A stretch of 62,152 nt of DNA, the filler included, from Klebsormidium nitens (Eukaryota > Plantae > Klebsormidiophyceae): the NCBI GenBank assembly GCA_000708835.1. It is 7 parts of 7 records of this genome, joined end to end, with 100 filler letters (N's around TTAATTAATTAA, not from the genome) between each part and the next. Parts side by side here need not be neighbours in the genome. Positions count along the whole stretch, not along the records: positions 57,626 to 62,152 come from DF238493.1; 6 more parts are not named here. One strand, 5' to 3'. The position numbers were made by a program, and so were the translations under genes. The stretch's first letter is position 1, and every line of letters begins with the position of its first letter. This document shows, in pieces, positions 58,674 through 62,152 of this stretch. Below the pieces are notes generated by a model. It saw only the letters and a list, made by a program, of their open reading frames with translations. It had not been told where the DNA came from and searched no databases.

Positions 58674-60950
58674 CCGCATCGAGGATCCAGAAAATATCGT
58701 CCGGGGCGGTCGCCTTGTCCGCAGCAAGCGCAGCAGACGCCCCGGGCGCAGGCACGCCGTTGACCAAAAAATCCGCCGGGGGGGGGGCGAGCCACACATC
58801 ATCGACGAACTCCACAGGAGTGATCGGTTGATCGGTAAACGAGAAGTCGTACGGGGTGTTGCCCCCGGGCTTGGTTGGGACCCCCCCCAGGAAGAGGCTC
58901 CCGCCGTTGGACCCCCCCGAAGCGAGGCAGATCGCGAAAGTGGCAGTGGGCACTGCTCCAACTTGCTTGAGCTGGTTGGGAAGAGACCGGGCGTTGGGGC
59001 TAAAGCCCGCGACCCCCTCCGCGCCGCTCATCTTGCTCCCGGGCTGCAGAATGCTCGTCCCGAGCAGGATTTTCTGCCCGAGGGTGGACACCGAACCGAT
59101 GGAGAAAGTGTCGAGAACGGCGGGACCGGCCGCTAAAGCGAGCGTCCCGAAGGACGCCCCGTATTGGCACTGAGTGGGGGGTAGGTTCAGATCGTCGGAG
59201 CAGCCAAGGTTGAACGTCCCGGCGACGAGGGTTGGGCATACGGACTGGCAGTCGGGGGCAGTCACCGAGGTCAGGGACAGACTCGGGTAGTACAGGGCGC
59301 CAGTGAAAGGACAGGAAGTATGGCCTCCGTTTGCGAAAACAGCGTTTTGTGCCCCCAGAGTTCCGCAGACAGTACTCCCCGGACATGGGGAGCAGTCTGG
59401 GCCCTGAACCCAGGAGAAGGTGGCGAATATGTCGGCAATCACGGGAATGCTTACCGGGGGGGTGCCGACCTGCAAGGGAAAGAGGGGAAGGAGAGGGGGA
59501 TGAGGTGACAATGCTGGACAATAACCCTAAAACTTCGAAACCGTAAATATGAAATCTTTGCTCCCTTGGTGGTTGGGGGAGAGGAGTCAGAAACTTGGGT
59601 CTGAAAGACCGTGGATTATTGTTTGACCTGTACCGAAATGCTGCTCTCCGTATGTGGGGTACCATGCATGCCAACCTGCAGAATTGACGCGGAGAGAATG
59701 TGAAGTTTCGTGGAGAGAATGTAAAGTTTCAAACGATTGCAACTTGAAGCCCTTGATGATATGGAGCCTGAAAATCCAAGCAGAGGTGGAGAACTGATCA
59801 ACGGTGACCGGTTTATGCCCATTGGGGGGTTGCCTGCAACCCTTAGGAATTAAAGCCGGGGGTGTAAGTTGGGTTTTGAGGGTTTGATATCTGACTGACA
59901 AAAGAAGTTGAGCTTTTCAAGAAAAAACCAAGTGAAATCCACGTGAGTACTCATGCAATGCAGTACTTGGTGCCAGTAAGGCGGCAAGTTAAGTCATCAA
60001 TATTAATGCACTCTTGAATTGGATAACTTCTGGACAAAATGAATTAAGCTCTGCATAGTTCGGCTTAGCTACATTTCCCTGTGCTTAATAGATTATAACC
60101 ACTCAGGGTGACATGTTGACAACCACCTGCAATCCAAACACCCAATCAATGCCTGTTCCAGTTGCAATATAAGTGTTAAAGCTCTGCCGTGACCCAATCT
60201 AGCTGCCCTAGCATTTGTTTTTCAGAGCACCGGAGGGGTTTTGTTTACCTTTTAACTAGTGTGAGACTGAATGCTAAAACTTGGCTACTAGACAGTTGCT
60301 TGCGATGACAGAAATGCCAATGTTCACATCTTTTGACTGGAATTGAAATCTCCAAGATCATAAGATAGATAGGAAAAAGTTGCAGCATGAAATCCCGTTC
60401 GCTCGTTGTTGAAATATGTTGGCAATGACAGATGGGACTGCTGTCTGCCTTTTCAATGTTGAAGAAACCTACCAGACAACTGTCATCACTGTCAGCTACC
60501 TGATCACAATGAGGTTCGCAATATGAGTGCACTCACATTGTACAATTGTGCTTACGGAAGCACGATGAGCCCTAGTACAAGGTATCATATATATACCAGG
60601 CTCACTGCTCAGATTGGAAAACAGCTCAAACCCACCTTAACCTCCACCGTAAAGCCACCCACTGGCGCGCTTGGGCCCACAATCGGGACCCTTGCAGCAG
60701 CAAAGGAACGGACATTAGGATCCGAAACTCCCCCTCCAGCGACTCGGAGGCTCTGGACGAAAGCCAGCTTTGCGTCGAGTTGCGCAAGGGTGTCTGCAAA
60801 CGACAGCGCAATCCTGCTGACGGGCAGGGGGCCCGTCGATGAGGGGCCTTGGAGAAGAAGTCTCCCCCCTGAAACAGGGGCGGCAGTGACTAGCAAAAGC
60901 GCGGCGAAAAGAAAGGCGAAGAGTGGCACTGTCTGCCGGACGGGCGCCAT
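58674..60950 (-). CDS. Secreted A1-family (nepenthesin/TAXI-like) aspartic-protease-fold protein with non-canonical active-site motifs; downstream exons not resolved
   Basis: Exon 1 60950-60636 (signal peptide, GGRLLLQ); exon 2 59469-58674. VGTPP..VIADIF..SW, cysteine-rich insert, YGASFGT, GVAGF, FAICL, GSLFLGG, WILDAG. Confidence 0.8.
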
Positions 60951-62152
60951 TGCGAGAAGGCGGGCGAGTGTTCTTGCTCTTGTTCCTAGTAGTCTTGAAG
61001 TTGCGAATGAGGACCGCTTGACAAAAGGCTCAGACCTTAACGTCGATGTGTTCTAGTACTAGGCCGCAGTTAAATTATGATTTAACATATAGCCTCCAAG
61101 AAATCGAAGGCAAATGAAGATCGGCTCGCCTAGCAATGTAGCACGGCAGTTGAGTCCATGAGCTCAGTTGAAACACTGCAGCTAAAATCACCACTAGGTA
61201 ATCATATTGTTTCTGTGTACCCCGTTGGCATGCCAACCACCTAGTTGGCACAAACCTCGTGCAGATCACAGCTCGTGTCTCCGTTCGAGTTGACTCCCAT
61301 TGACCTGTGACCCCATGCAAGGCCGCCGACAGCAGCCAGCTGCCCCTCTACCGTCCTGACTCCTACCTACTACTATCTACTCCTACCTACTTCTAAATAT
61401 CAGGTAAATATCCTAATACCACCACCACCCGCCAAAGGCAGCTAATTAACTACCGAATTAGCGGTTCCGACATGATACATCGTCCCAGCCTGATGATATT
61501 GGGATCCATGACGTATGCGTACGTGACTGCGCCCATAATTCTGGAGTAGATGTTACCGGCCGGGAGCGAGACACCGTAAAAGCTGTTGATCTACCACTCT
61601 CGGAGTCACCGGCGAACCGGCCGTGACAGCTAGTGTACGTCACTGAACGTCGTAGTGACTCAGAGCCTCACATACTAGTAATATACGGTACACAGCGCCG
61701 GGGAGCAGATTCGTGCTCGGGAGTCGGTACATTCGGTACCTAGAACCATGCCTATGTGTATCCAGATCATCCTGTTTTAATACGGCAACCGGTTGTCCTC
61801 TGAGGCTGAGGCTGAGCTCTCCAATCGGTGCCGCGTCTATAGACTATGAGTCACATGTCGCCATCGAGTTGCCACCAATCAGTCGCGAACGATGAACGGC
61901 TGCATTTTGACAGCCGTAGTTCCCCACGCCAGTGCACGTTGACCGGATTCTGCGGCTTTCCATTTTTCAACAGAATGGCGCTTGACTGATCCATGGCGAG
62001 ACAGCCAGCCCCCTCCAGTTGAGTCCGACATCGGAATGACACACGTCACCGACTCTTTCTAGTCTCTTTGAGTTGGAACTTTCGGAAGCTCATCTCACGG
62101 AATGGTTTCTCTCCTGGAGGAGCCGGGATTGGCTTGAACGCGCGACCCACTA

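Overview
Eukaryotic nuclear DNA from a streptophyte alga, most likely Klebsormidium-like. This is inferred from the GT-AG intron style, plant-type TPR/GH3/PPR/A1-protease genes, telo-boxes, a Crinkler-like gene and giant-virus-like inserts. The window is at least seven contigs joined by artificial 100-nt linkers (N44-TTAATTAATTAA-N44), so adjacency across linkers is not evidence. Contig 1 (1-29916) holds a secreted CBM14/cysteine-rich protein, an F-box-like paralog cluster, a 9-exon EF-hand/TPR gene (At1g05150-like) and a 3'-truncated membrane-anchored GH3 beta-glucosidase. Contig 2 (30017-34101) is intronless and looks NCLDV-derived. It carries an A16/G9/J5-like membrane protein and an apparently intact IS607 element: serine recombinase TnpA, Fanzor2/TnpB with a complete rearranged RuvC triad, a TATA box, an 881-nt two-frame overlap, and a structured right end predicting the omegaRNA scaffold, pseudoknot and guide. 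Later contigs hold a Tc1/mariner-type MITE, a Crinkler NTPase-REase gene with an in-frame stop, a 2-kb intronless orphan ORF, a P-class PPR gene, a TG..CA inverted-repeat element with a 5-bp TSD, and an atypical aspartic protease. A second theme recurs in three unrelated genes: introns filled with 130-170-bp tandem, decaying copies of the adjacent exon-intron junction. Gene models were built by eye from splice motifs and phase; no database searches were run.
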